In this document: positions 49,341-58,723 of the stretch, piece by piece
Numbering within the stretch: the stretch's first letter is position 1
Layout: each line of letters opens with the position of its first letter
From: Algoriphagus sp.
GTDB lineage: Bacteria > Bacteroidota > Bacteroidia > Cytophagales > Cyclobacteriaceae
Direction of reading: 5' to 3'
Length of the DNA stretch: 64,000 nucleotides
Assembly: GCA_024642365.1 (NCBI GenBank)
Contig: JAHEBE010000001.1
Coordinates: forward strand, 7,894 to 71,893
Notes under the pieces: generated by a model
Database searches by the model: none
The model's input: only the letters and a program-made list of their open reading frames with translations
Told to the model about the DNA's origin: nothing
Made by a program: the position numbers and the translations under genes

Positions 49341-49404
49341 TCGGAGTAGTTTGGAACCGCAAATTAGCCATTAAAAAAAAGGCTTCATTTTATCGATGTT
49401 AATT

Positions 49405-49412
49405 TATCTTTG
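49405..49412 (+). promoter_or_regulatory. Bacteroidota -7 promoter element for anmK
   Basis: TATCTTTG. Confidence 0.55.
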
Positions 49413-49442
49413 ACCTGACCTATACTTAACAAAAATTAACCC

Positions 49443-50516
49443 ATGGAGTCACAAACCTATTCAGTAATCGGACTTATGTCAGGCACTTCTGGCGACGGAC
49501 TTGACTTAGCTTATTGTCAATTTAGGTATTCAGACCATTGGGAATTTAAAATCTTGAATGCTGCCACCGCAGCTTTTCCTGCGGAGCTAGAATCGGACTT
49601 GATGAACTCACACGCACTACCTGCGCTGGAATTAGCACTATTAGATGTTGCTTTTGGTAATTGGATGGGGGAGCAGGTGACTAACTTCTGCACTGAACTT
49701 CAGATCAAACCTGACGCTATTTGCAGCCATGGTCATACCGTTTTTCATCAGCCATCTAAAGGTCTTACACTTCAAATAGGAAATGGATGGTCACTTCATC
49801 AAAAAACAGGAATGAAAGTCATCAATGATTTTCGGATGTTGGATGTGCAGCTTGGAGGCCAAGGAGCTCCATTGGTTCCAATAGGAGATCAACTTTTATT
49901 TTCTGATCAAGATTTCTGCATCAACCTTGGCGGAATCGCAAATATCAGCATGAATTTCAATGGCCAACGAGTTGCCTTTGACACCTGCCCATTCAACTTG
50001 CTTTTAAATGAGCAGGCTAAAAAACTTGGTGCAAAATTCGATAATCAAGGAAAGTGGGCTAGCGAGGGGACTTGCGATGAAAACCTTTTAAATGCGCTAA
50101 ACTCAATTCCGTATTATGAAAATAATGGTGCAAAATCCTTAGGTAGGGAAGATCTAGAAAAGTATTTCAATCCACTCATTGAAAGTTCCCCTTTGGGTCC
50201 AAAATCTATTTTAGCCACCTTGGTTCGGCACTATGTCCAGCAAATCGCTCGGGTAATTCGAAGCTATGCAACAAAACCGGTTTCAAAAGTTTTGCTCACT
50301 GGTGGTGGTGCTTACCATACTTTTTTTAGAGAAGAATTAGCTCGCGAACTGTCAAAGACTATTTCCATTTCAGAAGTGGACACGCAACTTATTGAATTTA
50401 AGGAGGCTTTGATTTTTGGTTTTCTGGGGGTACTTCGCTTGAGAGGGGAAAACAACTGCCTTAGCGCAGTTACTGGAGCGAGCAGGGATTCTTGCGGAGG
50501 AATGGTATTTGGTTAA
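49443..50516 (+). CDS. anmK: Anhydro-N-acetylmuramic acid kinase
   Basis: GLMSGTS.DG.D, SHGHT.FH, DFR..D...GGQGAPLVP, NLGGIAN, KSLGRE. Confidence 0.95.
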   Translation: MESQTYSVIGLMSGTSGDGLDLAYCQFRYSDHWEFKILNAATAAFPAELESDLMNSHALPALELALLDVAFGNWMGEQVTNFCTELQIKPDAICSHGHTVFHQPSKGLTLQIGNGWSLHQKTGMKVINDFRMLDVQLGGQGAPLVPIGDQLLFSDQDFCINLGGIANISMNFNGQRVAFDTCPFNLLLNEQAKKLGAKFDNQGKWASEGTCDENLLNALNSIPYYENNGAKSLGREDLEKYFNPLIESSPLGPKSILATLVRHYVQQIARVIRSYATKPVSKVLLTGGGAYHTFFREELARELSKTISISEVDTQLIEFKEALIFGFLGVLRLRGENNCLSAVTGASRDSCGGMVFG

Positions 50517-50537
50517 TTCGCCGATCTACGAGTGAGG

Positions 50538-50560
50538 ACTAGGTAGCCCTAGTATTTTTT
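50538..50560 (+). terminator. Probable terminator after anmK
   Basis: ACTAGG-tagc-CCTAGT followed by ATTTTTT; TATTTTTG promoter element follows at 50562-50569. Confidence 0.6.
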
Positions 50561-50594
50561 CTATTTTTGCGAGGCAAAATAAACCCAAATATCG

Positions 50595-51821
50595 ATGCAC
50601 GATTTATTAAAAAAGTTTGAGAATAAACAGCCCGAAATTGTCTTTGAATGGAGCGATAGCGAATCCGAAGCAGAAGGCTGGGTAGTGATTAATTCCTTGC
50701 GTGGAGGAGCTGCCGGTGGTGGGACTCGCATGCGAAAAGGCCTTGATAAGCGTGAGGTAGAATCTTTGGCAAAAACCATGGAGGTAAAATTCACCGTCTC
50801 AGGACCTGCAATCGGCGGTGCAAAATCCGGAATTAACTTTGACCCAAGCGATCCTCGCAAGGCCGACGTCCTAGATCGTTGGTATAAAGCAGTCATGCCA
50901 CTCTTGAAAAGTTATTATGGCACGGGAGGAGATATGAACGTCGATGAAATCCATGAGGTCATCCCAGTTACAGAATCTTATGGCCTCTGGCATCCTCAAG
51001 AGGGAGTCGTGAATGGGCATTTTCATGCGACTGAACCTCAGAAAATCCGAAAGATTGGTCAACTACGGCAAGGTGTCTCTAAGTTTTTGGAGGATCCGAA
51101 TTTTACTCCAAATGGCGTAAAACGATATACCGTGGCTGACATGATCACGGGATATGGCGTCGCAGAAGCCGTTCGCCACTATTATAATTTATGGGGAGGA
51201 GCACTAAAGGGTAAACGTGCCGTGATTCAAGGTTGGGGAAACGTTGGAGCGGCTGCAGCATGCTTTTTAGCGGTGGAAGGTGTCAAAATAGTCGGGATAA
51301 TCGACCGAGAAGGTGGGCTAATAAATGAGGCAGGCTATTCCTTGGATGAAATTCGAGAACTCTTTTTGAACCGTTCAGGAAATAAATTGGTAGCTGAAGA
51401 TTTAATTCCATTCGAGGAGTTGAATGAGAAAATCTGGGACATAAAAAGTGAGATTTTCATTCCTGCAGCAGCTTCCCGGTTGATCACTCAAAATCAAGCA
51501 GAGCGAATGGTTGGAGCTGGTTTAGAAGTTATTTCCTGCGGGGCAAATGTACCTTTTGCTGACCCAGAAATCTTCTTTGGACCTATTGGAGCTTGGGTAG
51601 ATGATCGTATATCTTTGATTCCAGATTTCATCGCAAATTGCGGTATGGCAAGAGTCTTTGCATACCTAATGAGTGATAAAGCAGAAGTAACTGACCAAGC
51701 TATTTTTGATGATGTAAGCCGCACAATCAAAAAAGCATTGGAAAAGACTTTTGCAGAAAACCCTGGTAAAACTAAGGTTGCTGAAAGTTCCTTTAAAATC
51801 GCCCTAGCACAACTCGTGTAA
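50595..51821 (+). CDS. Glu/Leu/Phe/Val dehydrogenase family protein
   Basis: GGGTRMR, GGAKSGI, TGYGV, QGWGNVG, GAN, PDFIANCG. Confidence 0.92.
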   Translation: MHDLLKKFENKQPEIVFEWSDSESEAEGWVVINSLRGGAAGGGTRMRKGLDKREVESLAKTMEVKFTVSGPAIGGAKSGINFDPSDPRKADVLDRWYKAVMPLLKSYYGTGGDMNVDEIHEVIPVTESYGLWHPQEGVVNGHFHATEPQKIRKIGQLRQGVSKFLEDPNFTPNGVKRYTVADMITGYGVAEAVRHYYNLWGGALKGKRAVIQGWGNVGAAAACFLAVEGVKIVGIIDREGGLINEAGYSLDEIRELFLNRSGNKLVAEDLIPFEELNEKIWDIKSEIFIPAAASRLITQNQAERMVGAGLEVISCGANVPFADPEIFFGPIGAWVDDRISLIPDFIANCGMARVFAYLMSDKAEVTDQAIFDDVSRTIKKALEKTFAENPGKTKVAESSFKIALAQLV

Positions 51822-51831
51822 TTTCATCCTT

Positions 51832-51883
51832 GTTGTTTGGCCCGTAGGTATTAATTTTTCATTAATTCTACGGGTCAGCCAAC
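51832..51883. other. Long intergenic stem-loop
   Basis: TGGCCCGTAGG.ATTAAT-ttttc-ATTAAT.CTACGGGTCA extended by GTTG/CAAC; no clear T tail. Confidence 0.6.
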
Positions 51884-52000
51884 TAGAGTTGTGCAGTTTC
51901 ATCCAAAATCAGTAGTTTAGCAGAGACCCTTAAGTACAAATACCCGAAGAATATCCTTTAAATTAGCCTTTCAGATTACGCAGCAGACCCAATTCAATAA

Positions 52001-53515
52001 ATGAAGAATTTTATCTTAAGTTTTTCCTTCTTTTTCGGGATTTTATTCTTTGGAGGTTTCCAAGCGCAATCTGCAATTGCTCAAGAAGTTCATTCAGAAG
52101 TTTCAAAAGATTCAGTTATTGACAATCAGGCTCATGATGGAGATGCTCATGCGTCAGCGGCCGAAGGGCATGAATCCACGCTTCAGGCGCCTGTTTGGCT
52201 GGTGATTCCTTTTGTTATGCTATTGCTAATGATCGCTACTGGCCCACTATTTTATGAGCATTTCTGGCATAAAAACTATCCTAAAATAGCCATAGGACTA
52301 GCGATATTAGTGGTCTTTTATTACCTCTTTATATTGGATAACGTCCATAGCCCAGTTCATGCTATGGCGGAGTATATTCAGTTTATTGCCTTATTAGCCT
52401 CACTTTACATTGCTTCAGGAGGAATTCTAATCGAAATAGATAAAAAGGCCACTCCTATGGCCAATGTTTCTTTACTTCTAATTGGTGCATTAGTTTCTAA
52501 TTTGATCGGTACCACGGGAGCTTCCATGTTGTTGATCCGACCATTTATCCGATTGAATAAAGGAAACATCCAAGCCTACCACATTATCTTTTTCATCTTT
52601 ATGGTGAGTAATATTGGAGGATCTTTGACTCCAATAGGGGATCCTCCCCTCTTTCTTGGATTCCTAAAGGGTATTCCATTTTTCTGGACCCTAAGTCATA
52701 ACTGGCCTGCATGGATTTTTGCACTTCTTCTTTTAGGAGGGGTGTTCTATTTAATCGATAGAAAACTGGGTCGATCTGCAGATGACTCTGAACTTGAACC
52801 TGTCACTTATACCAATAAGTTTTCGCTGATTGGAGCTAGAAATTTTGGTTGGCTATTTATTATTATTTGTTCTGTCTTCCTAGATCCAAATGTGATTGAA
52901 GGAGTGCCTGCGATCAATTATGGAGGACAAAAATTCTCGTTCATTCGAGAGATTATCATGTTTTCAGTCGCCTTCTTTTCCTACAAATTTGCTGATCAGC
53001 GAGCGATCAAAGGCAATGAATTCAACTTTGAACCTATCCGAGAGGTGGCATTCATATTCATTGGAATATTTGGCACCATGATGCCTGCACTTGAGCTGGT
53101 TGGGATATTCGCTAGATCACCTGAAGGTGCAGCATTGATCACTCACAACACACTTTATTGGGGTACGGGCGTTCTTTCTGGATTCTTGGACAATGCACCT
53201 ACCTACCTCAATTTCCTTGCTGCAGCCATGGCTTCCGAAGGAGCTTCCATCAATAATATTGAGCAAGTTCGAACTTTTGCAGCTAATGGATATGAAGATT
53301 CCGCATTCCAATTAATGGCTATTGCGATTGCATCTGTCTTCTTTGGCGCCATGACCTACATTGGCAATGGCCCCAACTTTATGGTTAAGTCAATCGCTGA
53401 GCAAAGCGGAATAAAAATGCCTTCCTTCTTTGGTTACATCATTCGATTCTCCCTGCCGGTCCTTTTACCGATTCTCTTTTTAGTCTGGTTGATTTTCTTC
53501 GCCTTTGCTGGCTAA
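52001..53515 (+). CDS. Putative sodium:proton antiporter (IT superfamily)
   Basis: NLIGTTGASMLL, SNIGGSLTPIGDPPLFLGFL, FLDNAPTY, TYIGNGPNFMVK. Confidence 0.85.
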   Translation: MKNFILSFSFFFGILFFGGFQAQSAIAQEVHSEVSKDSVIDNQAHDGDAHASAAEGHESTLQAPVWLVIPFVMLLLMIATGPLFYEHFWHKNYPKIAIGLAILVVFYYLFILDNVHSPVHAMAEYIQFIALLASLYIASGGILIEIDKKATPMANVSLLLIGALVSNLIGTTGASMLLIRPFIRLNKGNIQAYHIIFFIFMVSNIGGSLTPIGDPPLFLGFLKGIPFFWTLSHNWPAWIFALLLLGGVFYLIDRKLGRSADDSELEPVTYTNKFSLIGARNFGWLFIIICSVFLDPNVIEGVPAINYGGQKFSFIREIIMFSVAFFSYKFADQRAIKGNEFNFEPIREVAFIFIGIFGTMMPALELVGIFARSPEGAALITHNTLYWGTGVLSGFLDNAPTYLNFLAAAMASEGASINNIEQVRTFAANGYEDSAFQLMAIAIASVFFGAMTYIGNGPNFMVKSIAEQSGIKMPSFFGYIIRFSLPVLLPILFLVWLIFFAFAG

Positions 53516-53518
53516 AAC

Positions 53519-54109
53519 CTAAAGTAATTCTGCATGTCTAAAGCAGTCCGTATGGTGATCATTCACTAATCCGGTAGCTTGCATGTGTGCATACAGGGTA
53601 GTACTTCCTAAAAATTTGAATCCTCTTTTTTTCATGTCTTTGGCTAGGGCATCTGATTCGGCTGTCGTTACAGGTGCTTTATCCAAAGGCTTCAGTGAAT
53701 TTTGGATTGGTTTATTTCCTACAAAAGACCAGATATAGGAGGAAAATGATCCAAATTCCTTTTGCACTTCCATAAAGCGCCTCGCATTGGTAATTGCTCC
53801 TTGAATTTTGAGTTTGTTTCTAATAATTCCTTTGTCCTCAAGCAAAACCTCCACATAACTGTCAGGAAATTCAGCAACAACCTGGTAATCAAAATCAGCA
53901 AACGCATTTTTATAGCCTTCCCGTTTTTTTAAAATGGTAGACCAGCTCAGTCCTGCTTGAGCGCTTTCCAAAACCAAAAATTCAAAATGAATTCGATCGT
54001 CATACACTGCAACTCCCCACTCTGTGTCATGGTAGGTCACATATTCGGCAAAACCTAGGCACCAAGAGCATCGGGTTTTTGAGTCGGCAGGTGAAAATTT
54101 CAATTTCAT
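53519..54109 (-). CDS. tag: DNA-3-methyladenine glycosylase I
   Basis: RCSW, YHDTEWG, LESAQAGLSW, GFKFLG, GLVNDH. Confidence 0.96.
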   Translation of the reverse strand: MKLKFSPADSKTRCSWCLGFAEYVTYHDTEWGVAVYDDRIHFEFLVLESAQAGLSWSTILKKREGYKNAFADFDYQVVAEFPDSYVEVLLEDKGIIRNKLKIQGAITNARRFMEVQKEFGSFSSYIWSFVGNKPIQNSLKPLDKAPVTTAESDALAKDMKKRGFKFLGSTTLYAHMQATGLVNDHHTDCFRHAELL

Positions 54110-54193
54110 AGGATCGATTTTAAATAAAAGTAAGGGATAATTGGGATGCTGTAGACAAGCAGCTTAATTTCTCGCTTGAAAATACAAAATTCC

Positions 54194-55348
54194 ATGATTG
54201 CCACTTCTTCTTTAGAAATCAGTTCCAAAGCATACCGCCAAAACATTAACTTTCTCCGCTCAGAAATCGGTCCAAAACCTGTCATTTCAGCCGTGGTAAA
54301 AGGAAATGCATATGGGCATGGCATTGCCCAAATGGTTCAGATCGCCGAAAAAGCTGGGATTAGACATTTTAGCACCTTCAGTTCTGATGAGGCACTAGAA
54401 GTATTCAATCACTCTAAAAACAGCTCTGAAATCATGATTTTGGGAATGTTGTATTTAGAAGAATTGGAGGAGCTGATTCGGAAAGGAATTAGCTTTTATG
54501 TTTTCGATTTTATTCGACTCGAAGCCGCAATTACCATTGCTCGCAAAATCAAAATTCCCGCAAAAATTCACATTGAAGTAGAAACTGGATTTCATCGAAC
54601 GGGATTTGAATGGCAGGATCGGGAAAGGCTTGCTTCGAAACTATTGGAAAGTCAAGAAGAAATTTCTTTAGAAGGACTGTGCACGCATTATGCAGGAGCT
54701 GAAAGCGTGAGCAATTTTGTTCGTGTCAAAAAACAAATTGCGAGCTACCATGAATTCAAAGCATATTTTCAGGGGAAAGGAATTAGCTTTAAAAAATTCC
54801 ATACCGCTTGTTCCGCTGCAACCTTGATTTTCCCAGAAACCATTATGGATATGGTTCGAATAGGAATTGCTGGCTATGGGTTTTGGCCAACAAAAGAAAC
54901 TTATTTTGCGAAGCTTCCAGATCTCCCCGCGACAAATAAAAATCCCCTCAAGCGATTGATTACTTGGAAAAGTACAGTGATGAGCATTAAAGCAGTGAAA
55001 ATGGCAGAGTTTATTGGCTATGGAAATAGCTATATGGCTATGGAGGATATGCAAATGGCCATCGTGCCTGTGGGTTATGGCCATGGATTTAGCAGGCTTT
55101 TAAGTAATCAGGGACAGGTTCTGATTCAAGGCCAATTTTGCCAAGTAGTCGGCACCGTAACCATGAATTCCATCGCGGTAAAAATTCCCAAAGGAAAATC
55201 TGTCCAACTTGGAGATGAAGTGATTTTGATTGGAAAGCAAAAAGGAAAAGAAATATCAGTTGCCTCCTTTTCTGAATCAACCCAACAGGTCAATTACGAG
55301 CTCCTAACCCGTCTGCCGAAAGACATACCTAGGAAGATTGTCCCTTAA
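54194..55348 (+). CDS. alr: Alanine racemase
   Basis: AVVKGNAYGHG PLP Lys, ETGFHRTG, MVRIGI, IGYG, YELL; start 54176 (TTG) or 54194 (ATG). Confidence 0.9.
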   Translation: MIATSSLEISSKAYRQNINFLRSEIGPKPVISAVVKGNAYGHGIAQMVQIAEKAGIRHFSTFSSDEALEVFNHSKNSSEIMILGMLYLEELEELIRKGISFYVFDFIRLEAAITIARKIKIPAKIHIEVETGFHRTGFEWQDRERLASKLLESQEEISLEGLCTHYAGAESVSNFVRVKKQIASYHEFKAYFQGKGISFKKFHTACSAATLIFPETIMDMVRIGIAGYGFWPTKETYFAKLPDLPATNKNPLKRLITWKSTVMSIKAVKMAEFIGYGNSYMAMEDMQMAIVPVGYGHGFSRLLSNQGQVLIQGQFCQVVGTVTMNSIAVKIPKGKSVQLGDEVILIGKQKGKEISVASFSESTQQVNYELLTRLPKDIPRKIVP

Positions 55349-56199
55349 TAAAAGATGACCGTTTTATTTTTGAACGCGAGGACTTTTCGTTCTATGTGAA
55401 ATTTAATAGCTTTTGAAAGAACCATTTTCTCTACATCCTGACCAATCTGAACAAGCTCTGGTACGGTGTTATGATGTCTGACACGAGCCACTTCTTGCTC
55501 GATAATTGGCCCCGCATCTAGTTCTTCTGTGACATAATGAGCAGTAGCACCAATAATCTTCACCCCGCGCTCGTAAGCAGCATGATAGGGTTTCGCCCCA
55601 ACAAAAGCGGGCAAAAATGAATGGTGAATATTAATGATTCGATTTGGAAAAAATCGGATAAACTCAGGAGAAATGATTTGCATGTAACGTGCTAACACGA
55701 CAAAATCAATGGCATGACTTTTCATCAGTTCCATTTGCTGCCCCTCTGCAGAAGCCTTGGTCGCAGCTGTCACTGGTATAGTATAAAATGGGATTCCAAA
55801 TGCAGCTACAATAGGTTTCAAATCTTCATGATTGGAAATGACGAGTGGTATGTCCACTGCTAGTTGACCTGAGTGATGCCTCCCCAATATGTCAAACAAG
55901 CAATGGGAAAGTTTGCTGACGAAGATGGCCATTCTTGGCTTGGGAAAATTGAAGTGCAAATTAAATTGCATGGAGAATTTTTCACCTACTTCAGTTTGAA
56001 ACTGCGTTTTGATGTCTTCTTTCTTAAGTCCAAACGAATCCAATTCCCAAGAAGCCCTCATGAAAAACATGCCCATTTCTCCATCTACATGCTGATCCAC
56101 CTCCAATATGTTTCCATTGTAGCTATATAAAAATTGAGATACAGCAGCAACAATTCCTTTTTGATCTGGACACTGAATGATGAGAATGGCCTTGTTCAT
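55345..56199 (-). CDS. purU: Formyltetrahydrofolate deformylase
   Basis: CPDQKGIVA ACT domain, LARYMQI, INIHHSFLP, ELDAGPIIEQ. Confidence 0.97.
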   Translation of the reverse strand: MNKAILIIQCPDQKGIVAAVSQFLYSYNGNILEVDQHVDGEMGMFFMRASWELDSFGLKKEDIKTQFQTEVGEKFSMQFNLHFNFPKPRMAIFVSKLSHCLFDILGRHHSGQLAVDIPLVISNHEDLKPIVAAFGIPFYTIPVTAATKASAEGQQMELMKSHAIDFVVLARYMQIISPEFIRFFPNRIINIHHSFLPAFVGAKPYHAAYERGVKIIGATAHYVTEELDAGPIIEQEVARVRHHNTVPELVQIGQDVEKMVLSKAIKFHIERKVLAFKNKTVIFY

Positions 56200-56211
56200 G
56201 TCTTAATTTGT

Positions 56212-56949
56212 CTAAGGGTTCCAAATTTTCCAAGCAGCTTCAGCTTGGCCTACCAGCATTTCATAGCCATTTTTAGCACGACCTCCTTTTTCTAGAAAAG
56301 CCCTCATAAGGCGGGTTTCAGCAGGATTATACACCAAATCAAACACCCAATGATTAGGGGTGATTTGATCCAAAGGAATGGCTGGAATTTCCTCCACTTT
56401 AGGAAAAGTCCCTACTGGACTTGTATTGATGACTAGCCGATACTCTTTCAAATAGGTTGGGTCGAAATGCAAGGAATCATAAGTAATCAGACCAGGTTGT
56501 GCGGTTCTTGAAACGCTTAGAAATGGAATTTCTAGTGTTTTCAGAGCTTGGATGACAGCTTTAGAAGCGCCCCCCGTTCCAAGGACAAGTGCCTTGGGCC
56601 GTTCTTTACCTAGCCATTTCTCCAAAGATTCTTTGAAGCCAATGTAATCGGTATTGTTCCCAATTAGTTTTCCCTCCTTAATTTGAATACAATTAACTGC
56701 CCCAATAGCGGCACAAGCAGGATCCAGTTCATCCATTTTAGGAAGAACTTGCTCTTTGTATGGAATCGTCACACAAAGTCCTTCGAGTTCGGGGTGGTCT
56801 GCAATAATTTGTTGTAACAGCTCGATATTTGGAATCTCAAAGAGTTCGAAGCTGCAATTGGTGATTCCTTCCTTTTCGAATTTTTCAGTAAAGTATTTCT
56901 TCGAAAATGAATGCCCCAATGGAAAACCGATCAGACCAAATTTCCTCAT
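56212..56949 (-). CDS. aroE: Shikimate dehydrogenase
   Basis: GHSFS, VTIPYK, GAVN, NTD, LGTGGA, DLVYNP. Confidence 0.95.
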   Translation of the reverse strand: MRKFGLIGFPLGHSFSKKYFTEKFEKEGITNCSFELFEIPNIELLQQIIADHPELEGLCVTIPYKEQVLPKMDELDPACAAIGAVNCIQIKEGKLIGNNTDYIGFKESLEKWLGKERPKALVLGTGGASKAVIQALKTLEIPFLSVSRTAQPGLITYDSLHFDPTYLKEYRLVINTSPVGTFPKVEEIPAIPLDQITPNHWVFDLVYNPAETRLMRAFLEKGGRAKNGYEMLVGQAEAAWKIWNP

Positions 56950-57881
56950 GATTTTTTCAGATAGGAGGCTAACAGGTCAATCCCCAAAACCAATATAATC
57001 CCAAATACAAATGCCGCGATAGCCATCCCAATTTGTGGTTCCAAACCGGTTTGTTCCAGATATTGTCCCGGAAAGATATTGCTGGTTAAAAATGGCTTTT
57101 GCTCTCCACTGGAAGAAGTACGAAATGCTGTAACGATTTTCCAAGGCCAAAGCTTATTCATCGAACCTAGCATAAATCCAGAAAGTAGTCCGATGGTAGT
57201 AGCGTAGTATTTTCTAAGTAACCAGGAGATCACTCGGCTAAATGACAAAATTCCCACGATACATCCTGAAGCAAACAAAGCCAGGGTCGCAATATCTCGC
57301 TCCCCAACTGCAGCCAAAATAGGCTCATATTTCCCCAAAATCAATAAGATAAAGCTGCCACTAATTCCAGGAAGAATCATCGCACAAATCGCAATCGCCC
57401 CAGACACAAAAGTGAACCAACCTGCATCTGGACTTGTCGTCGGAGGAAGCTCTGTAATAAAATAGGCTCCAATTGTACCGATGAATAATGCCAAAATCAC
57501 GCCCAAATGCCAGCGCTGGACCTCTCGAAGAATCACAAATGCGCTAACTAAAATCAAGCCACAGAAGAAGGACCAAAGTGGTATCGGATGCTCGTTCATC
57601 AAATAGGTAATAAACCTAGAAAGTGAAAAAATACTGGTTAGGATTCCCAATAATAAGCTGAGTAGAAAAGTACCGTTGACGGCCCGGTAGAATTTCTTAA
57701 GATCCAATTTCACGAGCAATCGGAGATTGGCCCCTGTGAAGGAATTTATACTGTTTAGCAATTCCTGGTAAATCCCAGTGATAAGCGCAATTGATCCCCC
57801 GGAAACTCCAGGCACAATGTCTGCTGCGCCCATTGCCATTCCCTTAAAGAAGGTCAGTAAATACTTTTTGATTAATTCCAT
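56946..57881 (-). CDS. DUF368 membrane protein (undecaprenyl-phosphate translocase family)
   Basis: Duplicated MGAADIVPGVSGG / AMILPGISGS motifs. Confidence 0.92.
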   Translation of the reverse strand: MELIKKYLLTFFKGMAMGAADIVPGVSGGSIALITGIYQELLNSINSFTGANLRLLVKLDLKKFYRAVNGTFLLSLLLGILTSIFSLSRFITYLMNEHPIPLWSFFCGLILVSAFVILREVQRWHLGVILALFIGTIGAYFITELPPTTSPDAGWFTFVSGAIAICAMILPGISGSFILLILGKYEPILAAVGERDIATLALFASGCIVGILSFSRVISWLLRKYYATTIGLLSGFMLGSMNKLWPWKIVTAFRTSSSGEQKPFLTSNIFPGQYLEQTGLEPQIGMAIAAFVFGIILVLGIDLLASYLKKS

Positions 57882-57893
57882 GATCAAAAATAA

Positions 57894-57921
57894 AGGCTGA
57901 TCGGTGAATACCAATCAGCCT
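57894..57921 (-). terminator. Probable terminator after comA
   Basis: Minus strand AGGCTGATTGGT-attc-ACCGATCAGCCT then TTATTTTT. Confidence 0.7.
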
Positions 57922-57937
57922 CTTGGGAGTGTGTATA

Positions 57938-58708
57938 TTAAAGTTTTATTTCACCAAGAAAGTGATCGAAGGTATCGCCTCTTAATCCCAATCGGATAGT
58001 CTCGAGCGGAATAATCTCAGAAGGACTGATATTTCCAAGGTTTACATTGGCACCGATCAATTTGATAAACCAGACTTGTTGAGACTTAATTGGGGCTTCC
58101 CAAATAATTCGCTCTTCAGGAATTTTAGTAAGAATCTCCTCTACTAGTCCCTGTCTTACTTCTCCAGAATCTCTGAAAAGGCCTACATTTCCTCCTTCTC
58201 TAGCTTCGCCGATAACTTTCCAAGCACCTGCATCCAATTCGGTCTGCATCTGTTCAATCCATTTGTATGGAGGGATGATTTTAGCAGCATCCTTTGATCC
58301 AACTTCGGAAAGGACCGTAACTTGTTTTGCGAGTTCAGTGATGTATTCGCACTTTTTGTCGTGATTCAAGGATATCGACCCATCCGATACTTCGGCATAG
58401 CCTAGTCCATATTTGTCTAGCACCCGACGATAGTCATCAAATTGCCCTCTCACGATAAACGCTTCAAAAAGTGTCCCGCCCAAATAAACTGGAATCCCAG
58501 CTTCTCGGTAGACTGCAATTTTTTTATCTAAGTGTTTCGTGACATACGAAGTCGCCCAGCCTAGCTTGACGATATCAACGAAATCAGAACAGCTATCAAC
58601 AAAGTCTTCAGTTTCTCTCAAGGAAAGGCCTTTATCCATGGCCATAGTGAATCCCGTGGTTCGAGGTTTTTGAGTCCGAACAGGGATGTTATTCAGAACA
58701 TAATTCAT
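57938..58708 (-). CDS. comA: Phosphosulfolactate synthase (ComA/Hsa32 family)
   Basis: KPR..G.T..DKG, KLGWAT, GGTLFE, EVSDG, SEVG.K, EAREGG, WEAP, VNLGNI, RLGLRGDT. Confidence 0.9.
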   Translation of the reverse strand: MNYVLNNIPVRTQKPRTTGFTMAMDKGLSLRETEDFVDSCSDFVDIVKLGWATSYVTKHLDKKIAVYREAGIPVYLGGTLFEAFIVRGQFDDYRRVLDKYGLGYAEVSDGSISLNHDKKCEYITELAKQVTVLSEVGSKDAAKIIPPYKWIEQMQTELDAGAWKVIGEAREGGNVGLFRDSGEVRQGLVEEILTKIPEERIIWEAPIKSQQVWFIKLIGANVNLGNISPSEIIPLETIRLGLRGDTFDHFLGEIKL

Positions 58709-58723
58709 TAGCAAGGTTTTAAT

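Noticed and set aside
51822-52000. Na+/Li+ riboswitch (nhaA-I or DUF1646 motif) upstream of the antiporter
   Set aside because: Could not match the consensus by eye; only a simple hairpin is evident
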